Of a stretch of 35,481 nucleotides of DNA, positions 16,325 to 24,587 are shown one piece after another. The notes under the pieces are model-generated. The model worked only from the letters and a program-made list of their open reading frames with translations, did not search any database and was not told where the DNA came from. The stretch lies in IMG/VR virus record IMGVR_UViG_3300012664_000280, positions 1-35,481 of that record; one strand, 5' to 3'. A program made the translations under genes and the position numbers. Numbering within the stretch: the stretch's first letter is position 1; each line of letters begins with the position of its first letter. This DNA is from a virus. Its lineage: Duplodnaviria > Caudoviricetes.

Positions 16325-16487
16325 TTTTAAGATGGGCTATTTTGACTATGAAATGTCAGGAGCAGAGGTAGCTGAAAAGATGTTTTTGAATGAGAAAACT
16401 ATTTTTTCTGTAGAAAAGCGAGCAATCGAAAAGCTAAGAAAGATCATGGCTGAAAAAGGAATCACAGCACAGGATCTACTAAGCTAA
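16311..16487 (+). CDS. Sigma-70 region 4-like HTH micro-protein A, 58 aa
   Basis: Hand-translated ...EMSGAEVAEKMFLNEKTIFSVEKRAIEKLRKIMAEKGITAQDLLS; GAGGAG RBS. Confidence 0.7.
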   Translation: MESNNFKMGYFDYEMSGAEVAEKMFLNEKTIFSVEKRAIEKLRKIMAEKGITAQDLLS

Positions 16488-16726
16488 TGGAACTCATAAA
16501 ATGGGCTGGAACTATCCTTTGCTTGCTTGGCATTGCTTTGACTAGCTTTAATATCTATCCATTAAATCTATTCCTTAGCTTTATTGGTAGCGCACTATGG
16601 ACTTTGGCAGGCTTTATTCAAAGAGATGTTCCTTTGATGCTTGTAGAGTTTGTAGCTGTTATTCTTTATATGATTGGCATAGGAACTTACATAGGATTAC
16701 AAATATCAAAATGGATAATGGCATGA
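16487..16726 (+). CDS. Small membrane protein (about 3 TM)
   Basis: Almost wholly hydrophobic 79 aa; TAATG overlap. Confidence 0.7.
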   Translation: MELIKWAGTILCLLGIALTSFNIYPLNLFLSFIGSALWTLAGFIQRDVPLMLVEFVAVILYMIGIGTYIGLQISKWIMA

Positions 16727-16917
16727 TTGCAGAAGCATACAAACTAGCAGAGAAGTTAGTTAATGAGTGTGAGCCATATGTGCCACTAGATGAAATTGTT
16801 TTTATAGAAGCAGCCAATCTATTGGTAAAGCTCGCAGATCAAAACCAGCTACTTAAATCACAATTAATTTTTGAAAAACTAAAAAACAAACTTACACAAA
16901 ATGGCAAAATTCATTGA
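16723..16917 (+). CDS. Hypothetical protein (MIAEAYKLAEKL...)
   Basis: Start reset to ATG 16723, ATGA-coupled to the upstream stop. Confidence 0.6.
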   Translation: MIAEAYKLAEKLVNECEPYVPLDEIVFIEAANLLVKLADQNQLLKSQLIFEKLKNKLTQNGKIH

Positions 16918-17281
16918 TTGGTATCAACTTTATCCTAAGAAGATGGCTCGCAAAGATGCTGAAAAAGCATGGAACAAGCTATCAGATGATGAACAAGAGC
17001 AGGCTATGGAAGCGCTGCCTAATCATATTAAATACTGGCAGCTCAAGAATACAGAAAAGGAGTTCATTCCCTATCCTGCTACTTGGATCAATGGCTACAG
17101 ATTTGAGGATGAGCTTGATCTAACTCCAAAAGAGATTAAGAAGCCCCAAATCCCTTGGTATTCTACAGATGAGCTAACCATAGCCAAAGGTAGAGAACTC
17201 GGCTTAAACCCTAGCGCTGGTGAATCCTATGCACAGTTTAGGCAGAGAATTCATGCTTTCATTAATAAACAGGCAGCATGA
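16901..17281 (+). CDS. Replisome-organiser C-terminal-domain-like protein
   Basis: FIDWYQLYPKK..RKDAEKAW..L...FIPYPATWING.RFEDE, a motif usual at the C-terminus of phage replication initiators. Confidence 0.65.
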   Translation: MAKFIDWYQLYPKKMARKDAEKAWNKLSDDEQEQAMEALPNHIKYWQLKNTEKEFIPYPATWINGYRFEDELDLTPKEIKKPQIPWYSTDELTIAKGRELGLNPSAGESYAQFRQRIHAFINKQAA

Positions 17282-17529
17282 TAGATACTTATTCTGAGGA
17301 ATGGCGCAGAGAGTGTGAAGCAAGAGAGATCCTTACTTGGTCATTAGACAAAAGGCGCAAGCATTTAGCTTTAGTGGCTGATAAAAGAGGATGGGAAGCA
17401 AGAGTTTACTTAGAGGAAGAAATCACAAGATTATGGAAACTACAGAAGCAGCAGCCACAGAAGCAAGGAAGTTCATCTTCAGGCAAGGCGCAATCTATGG
17501 GAAAGCAAAGGCAGATAGGACTTATCTAG
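17278..17529 (+). CDS. Hypothetical protein
   Basis: SEEWRRECEAREIL motif; ATGA overlap. Confidence 0.6.
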   Translation: MIDTYSEEWRRECEAREILTWSLDKRRKHLALVADKRGWEARVYLEEEITRLWKLQKQQPQKQGSSSSGKAQSMGKQRQIGLI

Positions 17530-17768
17530 AACACTTCCTAAAGACTAAGCTCGCATTGCTCATGGCTGAATCTACAGAATCTACTATGACAGGCAAGGAG
17601 ATGTATGCAAAAGGGCATCAGGACTATATCAATATCTTGTTAGGCATAAAACAAGCTATAGAACTGGAAGAAACTCTTAAATGGCAGTTGATCTCAGCTC
17701 AAGCAACTATTGAGATATATAGAACTGAAAGCGCCAATAATCGCAATATTGATAGAGCTATGCAATGA
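17433..17768 (+). CDS. Coiled-coil hypothetical protein
   Basis: Helical ORF; start uncertain (17391 or 17433), overlaps the upstream ORF tail. Confidence 0.6.
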   Translation: METTEAAATEARKFIFRQGAIYGKAKADRTYLEHFLKTKLALLMAESTESTMTGKEMYAKGHQDYINILLGIKQAIELEETLKWQLISAQATIEIYRTESANNRNIDRAMQ

Positions 17769-17842
17769 GTGATCTGCCTTACTGGATTGGGATATATATC
17801 ATGGCAGCTATCATATTTTCTATTTGGATAGGCTTTAAATGA
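17765..17842 (+). CDS. Single-TM micro-protein, 25 aa (MSDLPYWIGIYIMAAIIFSIWIGFK)
   Basis: Hand-translated; ATGA overlaps at both ends. Confidence 0.55.
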   Translation: MSDLPYWIGIYIMAAIIFSIWIGFK

Positions 17843-18126
17843 TGTATAGAAATAAAAAGTTATTAGAGCTTGCTAGAAAATTCCCCTGTCAGAATTGCGG
17901 TATAGAAGATGGAACTGTAGTAGCTGCTCACTCAAATCAATTAAGAGATGGAAAAGGAAAAGGAATCAAAGCGCATGATTACAGAATCGCAAGTTTATGC
18001 TTTAAGTGCCACTCAGAACTCGATCAAGGTAGATCACTCAGCAAAATGGAGAGAGTGGAATTGTGGGAAGAAGCCCACAGGAGAACTATTGCCAAGCTAT
18101 TTGAAGAAGGATATTTACATACCTAG
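17839..18126 (+). CDS. Zn-binding HNH-like nuclease (YbcO/DUF968-like)
   Basis: PCQNCG...VVAAHSN...GKGIKAHD...LCFKCHSELD. Confidence 0.75.
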   Translation: MMYRNKKLLELARKFPCQNCGIEDGTVVAAHSNQLRDGKGKGIKAHDYRIASLCFKCHSELDQGRSLSKMERVELWEEAHRRTIAKLFEEGYLHT

Positions 18127-18192
18127 CTTTAAGAATATGACTTTAGAGCTTGTGGTTCTACAAAAGATGCTCTATGAAAAGGATATGAATAA

Positions 18193-18336
18193 ATGAATGA
18201 GCCTATGACATTAGCTGAGATAGCAGAGCATGAAGGAGTAAGCCATCAGCGCATAGCAGAAATACTATCTATAGCAATAAAGAAAGTTCGCATAGCATTA
18301 ATGAAAAAAGGCATAACACTAGAGGATCTACTATGA
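18193..18336 (+). CDS. Sigma-70 region 4-like HTH micro-protein B, 47 aa
   Basis: Hand-translated MNEPMTLAEIAEHEGVSHQRIAEILSIAIKKVRIALMKKGITLEDLL; ATGA overlap downstream. Confidence 0.7.
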   Translation: MNEPMTLAEIAEHEGVSHQRIAEILSIAIKKVRIALMKKGITLEDLL

Positions 18337-18548
18337 ATGATGCAGTAAACCATCCAAAGCACTATACAGATCATCCATCAGGTATTGAGTGCATTCAGAT
18401 TACAGAGCATATGGGATTTAACCTAGGCAATGCAATTAAATATATTTGGCGCTGCGATCTCAAGAAGGATGCTATTGAGGATCTACTTAAAGCTAAATGG
18501 TATCTAGAAAGAGAGATTGCTAAGAGAGTTAAAGAGAGTAAGTCTTAA
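18333..18548 (+). CDS. DUF3310 (T7 gp1.7-like) protein
   Basis: DAVNHPKHY...IECI...FNLGNAIKYIWR...EDLLKAKWYL. Confidence 0.88.
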   Translation: MNDAVNHPKHYTDHPSGIECIQITEHMGFNLGNAIKYIWRCDLKKDAIEDLLKAKWYLEREIAKRVKESKS

Positions 18549-18948
18549 TAGGCTCATGGCTCTTTAAATCTACATCACAAGCCCATTTAACAGCTTCTTC
18601 AGCAGTAAGCCCCATTCTCATGCAAACTTCTGCTGCCATAGATCCTGAGCCAATAGCCATGAAAGTGCGCACTCTTTCCCATTCGAGATCATCTCCACAG
18701 GAGAATAGCCCTTCATTGGTTAGCTTTAGGAAGGAGCTATCAGATTTGAGCTTAGGCTTAGTCTTAGTCTTTTTGTTGAGAAAATCAATTACCTTCTCAG
18801 CATCTACATAATTCCCTGCAACTCCTAGGAATCCGCCATCTATAGGGAATATCTTATCCTCAAAGTATTTGATACCAGCATCATCATCCGAGAACTGGCT
18901 ATCTGCTACTAGCTTTCTATTAATCCAATCGCCAACAATAGTAGTCAT
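18529..18948 (-). CDS. Ntn-hydrolase, HslV/proteasome-beta-like peptidase
   Basis: N-terminal MTTIV (Thr1), ADSQ, DKI, GVAG, AIGSGS. Confidence 0.8.
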   Translation of the reverse strand: MTTIVGDWINRKLVADSQFSDDDAGIKYFEDKIFPIDGGFLGVAGNYVDAEKVIDFLNKKTKTKPKLKSDSSFLKLTNEGLFSCGDDLEWERVRTFMAIGSGSMAAEVCMRMGLTAEEAVKWACDVDLKSHEPIKTYSL

Positions 18949-18956
18949 AATAATTC

Positions 18957-19967
18957 CTATACTGAATGGATCTTGCCCCTGAACTCAACTCTATCTTCTC
19001 CACAGACCTGAACAAGCTCAGGCTGCAATAGCCTTCCTTCTTCAAAAGATAGTAGAGCAAAGCCTGATCTCCAGTTCTTAGGGTTGGCTTCTGTGTAATC
19101 TGTGAACTGATCTCCATTAGGATCGGCAAGAGTTCCTGTTTGAACTCCATACCTAGTTCCGCCATTCTTAGCAAAAGCTGGAGAGTAATCTGTAAAAGGC
19201 TGGACTGCTAATACATGGGTATGACCAGTAACTATATTTACCCCTGCATTCAAGGTATTAGTATGCCCTGCTGTATGTCCGCCTTTCCATCTATGCTTGA
19301 TAACTGTATCTTCATTAATCCAGTAAGACCAGCAAGGCTTCCATAGTGGGAAGTGATCTTTAAGGCTAAACCCTGTTACCCCTTCATATTGCCCTATCTG
19401 ATTGGATAAGAAGGTTTCAAAGCGAGCATCATGGTTGCCTAATGTCCAAATCAACTCTCCGCCCCTGTTAGCCTTCTCAATACCTTCCATATAGTATTGA
19501 CAGGCTTCTAGTTCTTCCTTGATAGTAGGAGCAGATGCCCAAGATATTCTAGGATGCCTGCTTGCTGTAGTGCCATCAAAGGCATCTCCATTACAAACAA
19601 TCACAGTAGGCTTAAACTCTTTGATAGATTCCAGCAATGCCTTATAAGCTGTAGTAGTTTCATCAGGATAGAAGTGAGCATCAGAGAAAACAATAACTCT
19701 ACCTTTTTCTAGCGCCCTGCCCCTTTGAGCATTGTGCCTAGTAGATTGAATCCTAGCATCTACTCCTTCTTGTAAAGCCTTGAGATTGACATGAGTTTTA
19801 GTAGGGTTGCGAGATTCAAGGATGATTCCCCTTCTATGCTCAATAGCCCTTCTTCTATTTTGGACTGCTCTAATATCTACAGCAAGCGCCTTAGCTACTA
19901 GGGTTGCTGATCTCAGCTCATTCCATACTCTAATGAATTCATCTTCTGTGCAGGCAGGCAGAGCCAT
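18957..19967 (-). CDS. Calcineurin-like metallophosphoesterase with N-terminal HTH-like extension
   Basis: SDAH, GDAFD, GNHD, KH, GHTH motifs. Confidence 0.88.
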   Translation of the reverse strand: MALPACTEDEFIRVWNELRSATLVAKALAVDIRAVQNRRRAIEHRRGIILESRNPTKTHVNLKALQEGVDARIQSTRHNAQRGRALEKGRVIVFSDAHFYPDETTTAYKALLESIKEFKPTVIVCNGDAFDGTTASRHPRISWASAPTIKEELEACQYYMEGIEKANRGGELIWTLGNHDARFETFLSNQIGQYEGVTGFSLKDHFPLWKPCWSYWINEDTVIKHRWKGGHTAGHTNTLNAGVNIVTGHTHVLAVQPFTDYSPAFAKNGGTRYGVQTGTLADPNGDQFTDYTEANPKNWRSGFALLSFEEGRLLQPELVQVCGEDRVEFRGKIHSV

Positions 19968-20040
19968 ATATATCCTTGGTGTAAGAGATTCCTAGAATCA
20001 TACTACTAAGTTATGAATCTTAAAAGTAATCAAGGACTTA

Positions 20041-20055
20041 TGGGATAATCTACAG
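20041..20055 (+). promoter_or_regulatory. Extended -10 promoter, probable leaderless start for HNH
   Basis: TG-G-GATAAT then 6 nt to ATG; no SD. Confidence 0.5.
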
Positions 20056-20445
20056 ATGAGCCTAAGACCTAAGAGTATCTGTTGCTATGCTGGATGCCAA
20101 AGAACAATAGAGCAGCCTAAGTATTGCCCTGCTCATCTAAAGATCATGGAGCTAAGGGAGAAGGCAAGAAAGAATAACCATCAGTCAGAGTTTACTAAGC
20201 TCTACAACTGGGATTGGCGCAAGTTCAGGGATCGCTATGTCAAAGAGCATCCATTGTGTATTCATTGCCTAGCCAAAGGAATCCTAACTCCCACTCAAGA
20301 GGTGGATCATATAGTTCCTCATCAGGGAGATAAGGATAAGTTTTGGGATGCAGACAATCTACAAGCTCTCTGTAAGACTTGCCACAGCATTAAGACAGCA
20401 AAGTTTGATGGTGGATTCGGTAAAAAACCTAGAGCTGTAGAATAA
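20056..20445 (+). CDS. HNH endonuclease (HK97 gp74-like terminase cofactor)
   Basis: HPLCIHC...EVDHIVPH.GD...NLQALCKTCHSIKT; directly upstream of terS. Confidence 0.92.
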   Translation: MSLRPKSICCYAGCQRTIEQPKYCPAHLKIMELREKARKNNHQSEFTKLYNWDWRKFRDRYVKEHPLCIHCLAKGILTPTQEVDHIVPHQGDKDKFWDADNLQALCKTCHSIKTAKFDGGFGKKPRAVE

Positions 20446-20475
20446 TATTTATATTGATGCCCTGTAAATGTAGAG

Positions 20476-20552
20476 TGGGGGGGCTGTTTTGAAGTAGAAT
20501 AGGACAGCGCCACAAGCGCTGGTCGGAGTGCTTTTTCTGTGTATGAGAAATT
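20476..20552. other. Putative cos region
   Basis: Non-coding HNH-terS gap with a G-run and inverted repeat CAGCGC-CACAA-GCGCTG (20505-20521). Confidence 0.55.
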
Positions 20553-20596
20553 AGCAGTCAGGGTAAACACTAATAAAGGAATCAAAAGGAATTGCT

Positions 20597-21058
20597 ATGA
20601 GAGGAAGGAAGCCAAAGCCAACTGAATTAAAAATTGTGCAGGGAACTTTAACTCATGGTGATAAAGTTAAAAGATTGAGAGAGCCTAAAGTTAGTAAGAA
20701 CTTACAAGAAGCGCCTGATTGGATGACACCAAGCCAAAAGGCTTCATGGGAATATGCAATCGAAAATGCGCCTGCTGGTTTGCTCAAGAAGCTGGATCAG
20801 TCAGTTCTTACTGCATGGGTGATAGCAGAAGATAATCATAAATTTGCTAGTCAGCAGTTACAAACTAATGGCATGATTTTTATTTCTCCAAATGGGCATG
20901 AGGTTCAATCCCCTTATGTTGGCATCCTAAACACTCAAGCGCAGATGATGATGAAGTGCGCATCAGAGATGGGGTTTACCCCTACAAGTAGAAGCAGGAT
21001 AGTTCTTGCTGAAGAAGCTATTGAAGATGATCCTTGGGCAAAGTTAGCTAATGGCTGA
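20597..21058 (+). CDS. terS: Terminase small subunit (P27 family)
   Basis: MRGRKPKPTELK..G, EMGFTPTSRSRI. Confidence 0.92.
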   Translation: MRGRKPKPTELKIVQGTLTHGDKVKRLREPKVSKNLQEAPDWMTPSQKASWEYAIENAPAGLLKKLDQSVLTAWVIAEDNHKFASQQLQTNGMIFISPNGHEVQSPYVGILNTQAQMMMKCASEMGFTPTSRSRIVLAEEAIEDDPWAKLANG

Positions 21059-22727
21059 TTACCAGCAAGTAGCATCCAAGTATCTGCTTGATGTATTAGA
21101 GGGGAAGATCCCTGCTAATAAATTTGTTAAGCAGACTTGTGAAAGACAGCTCAAAGATTTAACCAAAGAAGGATCTAAGGGTTTTCCCTATATATATGAT
21201 CCAGCTAAGGGAGCTAATGTTTGCACCTTTGTAGAGTTGCTTCCTCATATTAAGGGCAAGCTCGCAGGGCAGCCAATCCAGCTAGAGCCTTGGCAAATCT
21301 TTATTGTGATGACTGCCTTCTCATGGGTGCATAAAGATACAGGCTTTCGCAGATTCAGGCGCACCTATATTGAAGTGCCTAGGGGTAATGGTAAATCCGC
21401 TATCTCATCCGCTATTGGCTTGTATGCCTTGGCTAAGGATGAAGAAGGCGGAGCTGAGGTTTACTCATTCGCCACTACAAGGGATCAGGCTAAGATTGTC
21501 TTTGGTGATGCGCAGCAGATGGCTCGCAAAACAGCAGGCTTGCGCAATCATTTTGGAGTAGAAGTGAATGCGCATAATATTAATATCCTAAAAACAGCAT
21601 CTAAATTTGAAGCTCTCAGCTCTGAAGGCTCTACTTTGGATGGCTTAAACACTCACTTTGCCATCATTGATGAGCTTCATGCGCATAAGACTAGATCTGT
21701 TTATGATGTTGTAGAAACTTCCATAGGCAAGAGAACTCAATCTATGCTATGGATCATTACTACAGCAGGATCAAATCGGGCTGGAATCTGCTATGAGGTT
21801 AGGGGATTTGTTAAGAAGGTGCTAGATGGAAGCGCCCAAGATGATTCTCAGTTTGGGATTATCTATGGATTGGATGATGGAGATGATTGGACTACAGAAG
21901 AAGCGCTGATTAAGGCTAACCCTAATTGGGGTGTTTCTGTAATGCCTGAAGTTCTACTGCCATTGCAGGCAAAAGCAATGAGTATGCCTAGCGCTGCAAA
22001 TAACTTTAGAACTAAGCATCTTAATGAATGGGTTAATGCTGATGTAAGCTGGATGGATATGCGAGCTTGGGATAATTGCGCAGATCCAACTCTTTCTGTA
22101 GATGATTTTGAAGGTGAGCCTTGTTTTATGGCTTTGGATTTGGCATCCAAAACCGATATTGCAGCAAAGATTAATCTTTATGTCAGAGATGGGCATTATT
22201 ATTGCTTTGGCAATTACTATCTTCCTAGAGATACTGTAGATAAAGGAGAGAATTCTCAGTATTCAGGGTGGGAAAGCCTTGGGTTACTTAGTGTTACCGA
22301 TGGTGCGATAATTGACTTTATGGTAATAGAGAATAAAATCCTAGAAGATTGCAAGAGATTTGATGTTATTGAAGTGCCTTATGATCCATTTCAGGCTACT
22401 CAGTTATCAATGAGGTTGTTAAATCAAGGAGTTAATATGGTAGAGGTTCGCCCTACTGTGCTGAATTTTAGCGAGCCAATGAAGCAATTAGAAGCATTGG
22501 TGCTAGATAAGAAGTTTCATCACAATGGCGATCCAGTTCTTACTTGGATGGTTAGTAATGTAGTTTGTCATACAGATGCAAAAGATAATATCTATCCAAG
22601 AAAAGAAAGGCATGAGAATAAGATTGATGGAGTAGTAGCTTTGATTATGGCATTGAGTAGAGCTATTGCAAATAATAATGAGCATGGGGATCTAGATGAT
22701 TTTCTTGCTAACCCTATAAGGCTATAA
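21051..22727 (+). CDS. terL: Terminase large subunit
   Basis: LEPWQ, Walker A PRGNGKS, Walker B IIDELH, ITTAG, DLAS..D, KIDGVVALIMA. Confidence 0.97.
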   Translation: MADYQQVASKYLLDVLEGKIPANKFVKQTCERQLKDLTKEGSKGFPYIYDPAKGANVCTFVELLPHIKGKLAGQPIQLEPWQIFIVMTAFSWVHKDTGFRRFRRTYIEVPRGNGKSAISSAIGLYALAKDEEGGAEVYSFATTRDQAKIVFGDAQQMARKTAGLRNHFGVEVNAHNINILKTASKFEALSSEGSTLDGLNTHFAIIDELHAHKTRSVYDVVETSIGKRTQSMLWIITTAGSNRAGICYEVRGFVKKVLDGSAQDDSQFGIIYGLDDGDDWTTEEALIKANPNWGVSVMPEVLLPLQAKAMSMPSAANNFRTKHLNEWVNADVSWMDMRAWDNCADPTLSVDDFEGEPCFMALDLASKTDIAAKINLYVRDGHYYCFGNYYLPRDTVDKGENSQYSGWESLGLLSVTDGAIIDFMVIENKILEDCKRFDVIEVPYDPFQATQLSMRLLNQGVNMVEVRPTVLNFSEPMKQLEALVLDKKFHHNGDPVLTWMVSNVVCHTDAKDNIYPRKERHENKIDGVVALIMALSRAIANNNEHGDLDDFLANPIRL

Positions 22728-22729
22728 AT

Positions 22730-24169
22730 ATGGCATGGTATTCAAGTTTATTATTTGGCTTTGGGATCGCTGGTAGGCGCGAAGCAGGAGTTCAGCAAGC
22801 TAATGCAGGCTCTTATAATGTTGCAAATATTACAGTTAATGAAGATACAGCTCTCAAGTTCTCTGCAGTATGGGCTTGTGTAAAATTAATTGCTGAAACT
22901 ATTGGCGGATTACCAGTTAATGCCTACAAGATTCTTCCTGATGGCACTCGCATTTTAGATAATGAGCATCCGCTTGCGCAGCTCTTTAAAAACAAACCTA
23001 ATCAATATCAAAACAGAGTAGAGTTTTTTGAAACTATGACTATGCAACTTTGCCTGCATGGAAATGCTTATGCGCATATTTCAAAAACAGGCAATCGGAT
23101 CACTAGCCTGCTGCCTTTGATGGCAGAGCAGATGGAAGTAGATCTTCTTACTGATGGCACAATAGTTTATCGCTACAACTCAGGCGCTAATCTTTCTGTT
23201 TATGCTCCTGAATCTATTTGGCATATTAAGCTGATGAGCAATGGTATTGTTGGCTTATCTCCACTTGCTTATGCTCGCAACTCTGTAGGAATTGGACTAG
23301 CTTCAGATGATCGGGTTAAAGCTCTAGCATCTAATGGCTTCAAGCCTACTGGAGTATTGACCATTGATAAGCTCTTAAAGCCTGAGCAGAGAGAGCAGAT
23401 CAGAGGGCAGTTTGCAGATTTGGCTGCTGGATCAGGTGATCCGCTTAGAGTTCTAGAAGCTGGTATGACTTATCAGCAAGTATCTATGAATCCTAAAGAT
23501 GTTCAGCTCCTAGAAACTCGCAGATTCCAAATTGAAGATATTGCTCGCTTCTTTGGTGTGCCTTCTGTGCTAATCAATGATACTTCCGCTTCTACTACTT
23601 GGGGATCAGGTATTGAGCAGATAGTTCAGGGTTTCTATAAGCTAGGCTTGCGCCCTTATCTTGAAAGATATGAAGCATCTATCTCTAATAGCTTATTAAC
23701 TGCATCAGATCGCAGGAATTATGAGTTTGAATTTGATTTTGGCGCATTGCTTAGAGGTGATGAACAAACTCGCTTTGCAACTTACAAAGAAGCTATCAAT
23801 GCAGGCTTCAAAACTATCAATGAATGCCGACAATCTGAAGGCATGAAACCGATTGAAGGCGGAGATCGGGCTTATTTGCAGGCTCAGATGACACCAATTA
23901 CTGAGTTAGGTGGCACTTCTGCTCCTGATACAGCGCAGATTCTAGGCGCTATGAGTGATATGGATCGCAATATTAAGCATGAAATTGCTAGTATTCAGCA
24001 CAATAAAGAGCCTAATCAGGTAACTTTAAACCCTAATATTAAGGTAGAAAGCACTCCTATTAGCCTTACTTTGAAGCAAGAAACAGATGGTAAGCCATCC
24101 AAAAAGAGCATTAAGCTAGTTCGGGATGATAAAGGTAATGTTACAGGCGCAGAATCAATAGAGGAATAA
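22730..24169 (+). CDS. Portal protein, HK97 family, with C-terminal extension
   Basis: SAVWACV, GLSPL, DIARFFGVP, TINECR..EGM.PI.GGD; about 85 extra C-terminal residues. Confidence 0.95.
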   Translation: MAWYSSLLFGFGIAGRREAGVQQANAGSYNVANITVNEDTALKFSAVWACVKLIAETIGGLPVNAYKILPDGTRILDNEHPLAQLFKNKPNQYQNRVEFFETMTMQLCLHGNAYAHISKTGNRITSLLPLMAEQMEVDLLTDGTIVYRYNSGANLSVYAPESIWHIKLMSNGIVGLSPLAYARNSVGIGLASDDRVKALASNGFKPTGVLTIDKLLKPEQREQIRGQFADLAAGSGDPLRVLEAGMTYQQVSMNPKDVQLLETRRFQIEDIARFFGVPSVLINDTSASTTWGSGIEQIVQGFYKLGLRPYLERYEASISNSLLTASDRRNYEFEFDFGALLRGDEQTRFATYKEAINAGFKTINECRQSEGMKPIEGGDRAYLQAQMTPITELGGTSAPDTAQILGAMSDMDRNIKHEIASIQHNKEPNQVTLNPNIKVESTPISLTLKQETDGKPSKKSIKLVRDDKGNVTGAESIEE

Positions 24170-24171
24170 GC

Positions 24172-24585
24172 ATGACAATCACTACAGCAATTTGCAATTC
24201 ATTTAAGCAAGAGATTCTTGAGGGTGTTCATGCTTCAGGCGATACTTACAAGATAGCTCTCTATACAGATGCAGCTACTTTAAGCGCTGCTACTACTGCT
24301 TACTCTGCAACTAATGAAGTTTCAGGCACAGGCTACACAGCAGGCGGAGTTACTCTTAGCGGATATACAAGCGGATTAGCTTCTAATACTGCTTATATTA
24401 CTTTTAGCGATCCATCTTGGGCTGATTCTACAATTACTGCTAGAGGTTGCTTGATCTACAACTCAAGCAAATCTAATAAAGCTGTGGCTGCTTTTGATTT
24501 TGGCGCTAATGTAGTTTCTGTAACAGGAACTTTCACTATTGATCTTCCAGCAGCAGGAGCTTCTGCCCTTATTCGGATTAGCTAA
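24172..24585 (+). CDS. Probable virion structural protein (Thr/Ala/Ser-rich)
   Basis: SFKQEIL...YKIALYT...NEVSGTGYTAGG pattern common in phage structural genes; GAGGA RBS. Confidence 0.7.
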   Translation: MTITTAICNSFKQEILEGVHASGDTYKIALYTDAATLSAATTAYSATNEVSGTGYTAGGVTLSGYTSGLASNTAYITFSDPSWADSTITARGCLIYNSSKSNKAVAAFDFGANVVSVTGTFTIDLPAAGASALIRIS

Positions 24586-24587
24586 AT

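Noticed and set aside
20056-20445. HNH as a mobile homing endonuclease
   Set aside because: Size, motifs and position next to terS match the HK97 gp74-type packaging cofactor; no intron or interrupted gene
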